From a virus: a stretch of 39,188 nucleotides of DNA. The notes under the pieces are model-generated. The model did not search any database. It saw only the letters and a program-made list of their open reading frames with translations, and was not told the origin of the DNA. Location: IMG/VR virus record IMGVR_UViG_3300028830_000027, positions 1-39,188 of that record. The stretch is one strand, 5' to 3'. Shown piece after piece: positions 37,637-39,188 of the stretch (positions are counted from its first letter, which is position 1; each line of letters begins with the position of its first letter). The translations under genes and the position numbers were made by a program.

Positions 37637-39188
37637 CTAGGCCCCACCTCCCGCCGCTTGTGGTCCTATCTCCGAGGCGGTCTTCATCGCCTTGAAGGAC
37701 GACTCAGCGGTGGACGCATTCGAGGACGCTAAGGCAGCTTCCTCGGCCTGTGCTTGCCGGGCGGCGGCTTCCTCACGTTTAGCGTCACGGGCCTCGATTG
37801 GCACCAACCAGCGGGAAGGAACTCCTGTGTTGACAGACGCCTCTCGGATGATCGCGTCACCGTCATAGTTATCCATCAGACCTGGATTACTCGCTACAAG
37901 AGTCTGTGTCGCGGCAAGGACCTGCTGGAACGCGCCGACTTCGTTTGCCCTCTGCGATCGGGTTAGTGGAGACGTGTACACCACCGCGATGTCCGTGAAG
38001 CCCTGCGAGACGGCTTCGATCACGGGTTGCGGAGGTGGAGGAAGAACACCCGCCGTCATCAGCGCATCAAAGGCGTAGTCAATGAGAGGGTTGAACAACT
38101 CAACCTTGAGACGCGTGGTGGAGGGTGCTAGCATACGTTGCATCTGCTCGATATGCGAGGATACCTCGAAGGCCGTCATAAAGCTTTTGTTCGGGATCAA
38201 GAGTTGGTCACTGAAGAAGTAGTTCCTGATGGCTTGTCGGATCTGTTCTTCTTGAAAGTTCGCCACGTCAAACTTTGCGCCGGACTCAAAGGGAGCGACC
38301 GCATCACGGCTACGAACAACCGTACGCGTGCCTGACATCAGACGCAACTTCCCGATCACGCCGTCGTCAATTGTAAGCACAGGTGGATCAATCGCCTTTG
38401 CCCATTGGCGTAAACGCAACTCAACAGCGCGGTTCAAGGTCGCCACGTCCGGGTAGGCAATGTGACCTCTGCCGGTCCCATACACTTCCTCACTGGCTTT
38501 GTCCCAGCGCGGGGCGAGCACACGTAACTGCTTCAAAAAGGACTCCCGCAAGAGCGCCTTTGATTCCTTCTCAATGAACAAGAGGCGGTACTTACGACGC
38601 GGGGTTGCCTCGTTCGGGGGAAGGGGTTCAACAAACCGTACGATGCTCAACGGTTGGTCCGGGTTCTTTGCGGCGACCTTTCTCGTCTGTTCACTGACGG
38701 CAGAGCCAAACTGTTCAATAGCCGACGCGTGAGACATCGTGATTTCGCTGCCGACCACATTCGGGCGACCTTCGTGGTCCTCGGCAAGGACGTAACGGCC
38801 CGGTGCGATCGTCTTGAACACGAACCCGTTGAACTTCGTGGAGCGAATCGGCCTTTCGTCCATCCACATACACGCGGTTCCGAACACAATGAGGTCCTGG
38901 TACAACTCGTGAATCTCAGAACCGAAATTGCTCTGTTGGAAGGCCAGGTAGATCCGGCGTGAGCAATCCTCAAGCCACGTACGAACTTCCCATATCTCAT
39001 TCAAGGGTTCAAAGCCCATTTGTAAATTGAACCACTGATAGTCCACGGAAGTCATAGAGCCGCTGAGCGCCGACGCAAGATCATTAATCGACTTGAGCGC
39101 GGTTCCATCAAAGACCTGTTGTGTACGCTGTTGACCGGGCGACCGCTTCACGCTCATATCCGCACGTAACGGGCGCATCAGCTCGGCC
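37637..39188 (-). CDS. Portal (head-to-tail connector) protein, main body; 5' end continues at 142..236 by circular permutation. Full length about 548 aa.
   Basis: Long ORF directly upstream of the Bbp19-like, scaffold and capsid genes, with the packaging genes upstream. Size and N-terminal pattern fit podoviral connector proteins. Confidence 0.8.
   Translation of the reverse strand, partial: AELMRPLRADMSVKRSPGQQRTQQVFDGTALKSINDLASALSGSMTSVDYQWFNLQMGFEPLNEIWEVRTWLEDCSRRIYLAFQQSNFGSEIHELYQDLIVFGTACMWMDERPIRSTKFNGFVFKTIAPGRYVLAEDHEGRPNVVGSEITMSHASAIEQFGSAVSEQTRKVAAKNPDQPLSIVRFVEPLPPNEATPRRKYRLLFIEKESKALLRESFLKQLRVLAPRWDKASEEVYGTGRGHIAYPDVATLNRAVELRLRQWAKAIDPPVLTIDDGVIGKLRLMSGTRTVVRSRDAVAPFESGAKFDVANFQEEQIRQAIRNYFFSDQLLIPNKSFMTAFEVSSHIEQMQRMLAPSTTRLKVELFNPLIDYAFDALMTAGVLPPPPQPVIEAVSQGFTDIAVVYTSPLTRSQRANEVGAFQQVLAATQTLVASNPGLMDNYDGDAIIREASVNTGVPSRWLVPIEARDAKREEAAARQAQAEEAALASSNASTAESSFKAMKTASEIGPQAAGGGA
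39048..39188. repeat. Terminal exact direct repeat, copy 2 (identical to 1..141)
   Basis: Same 141 nt as the window start. Confidence 0.95.

Overview
The window looks like one complete, circularly permuted genome of a lytic, podovirus-like tailed dsDNA phage. The first and last 141 nt are identical, so the unique length is 39,047 nt, and the portal gene is split across the window ends. No integrase, tRNA, rRNA, CRISPR array or reverse transcriptase was seen.

Layout: two divergent transcription arms leave a ~1.35-kb non-coding control region (4016-5368) and converge at ~20,660-20,680.
- Minus arm (4015 -> 1, wrapping to 39047 -> 20680): packaging, head, tail, internal/ejection proteins, tail fibre and lysis genes.
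- Plus arm (4321 -> 20658): many small early ORFs; a MoxR-type AAA+ ATPase with a VWA/HExxH-metallopeptidase partner; a zinc-ribbon protein with a sigma region-2-only protein; a tandem array of nine mini-ORFs; and a replication/recombination module. That module holds a PD-(D/E)XK nuclease, a RecA-like ATPase, an SSB-like protein, a family-A DNA polymerase split into two ORFs, and an Mre11-like phosphoesterase. One RepA/DnaB-like ATPase is on the opposite strand.

Most interesting observations:
- the repeat-rich, strand-asymmetric control region with an 83-bp dyad;
- an eight-copy promoter-like motif (C)ACG(C)GGTATAAT with no shared -35;
- a sigma region-2-only protein that might read that motif;
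- the mini-protein array;
- the MoxR/VWA pair, interrupted by an AT-rich repeat-bearing spacer;
- a 1331-aa virion protein with an embedded ParB-like domain and three tandem QxxhF-type peptide repeats;
- the split polymerase.

All functional calls rest on motif recognition by eye, ORF geometry and Shine-Dalgarno context. No database search was possible, so family names are hypotheses to confirm.
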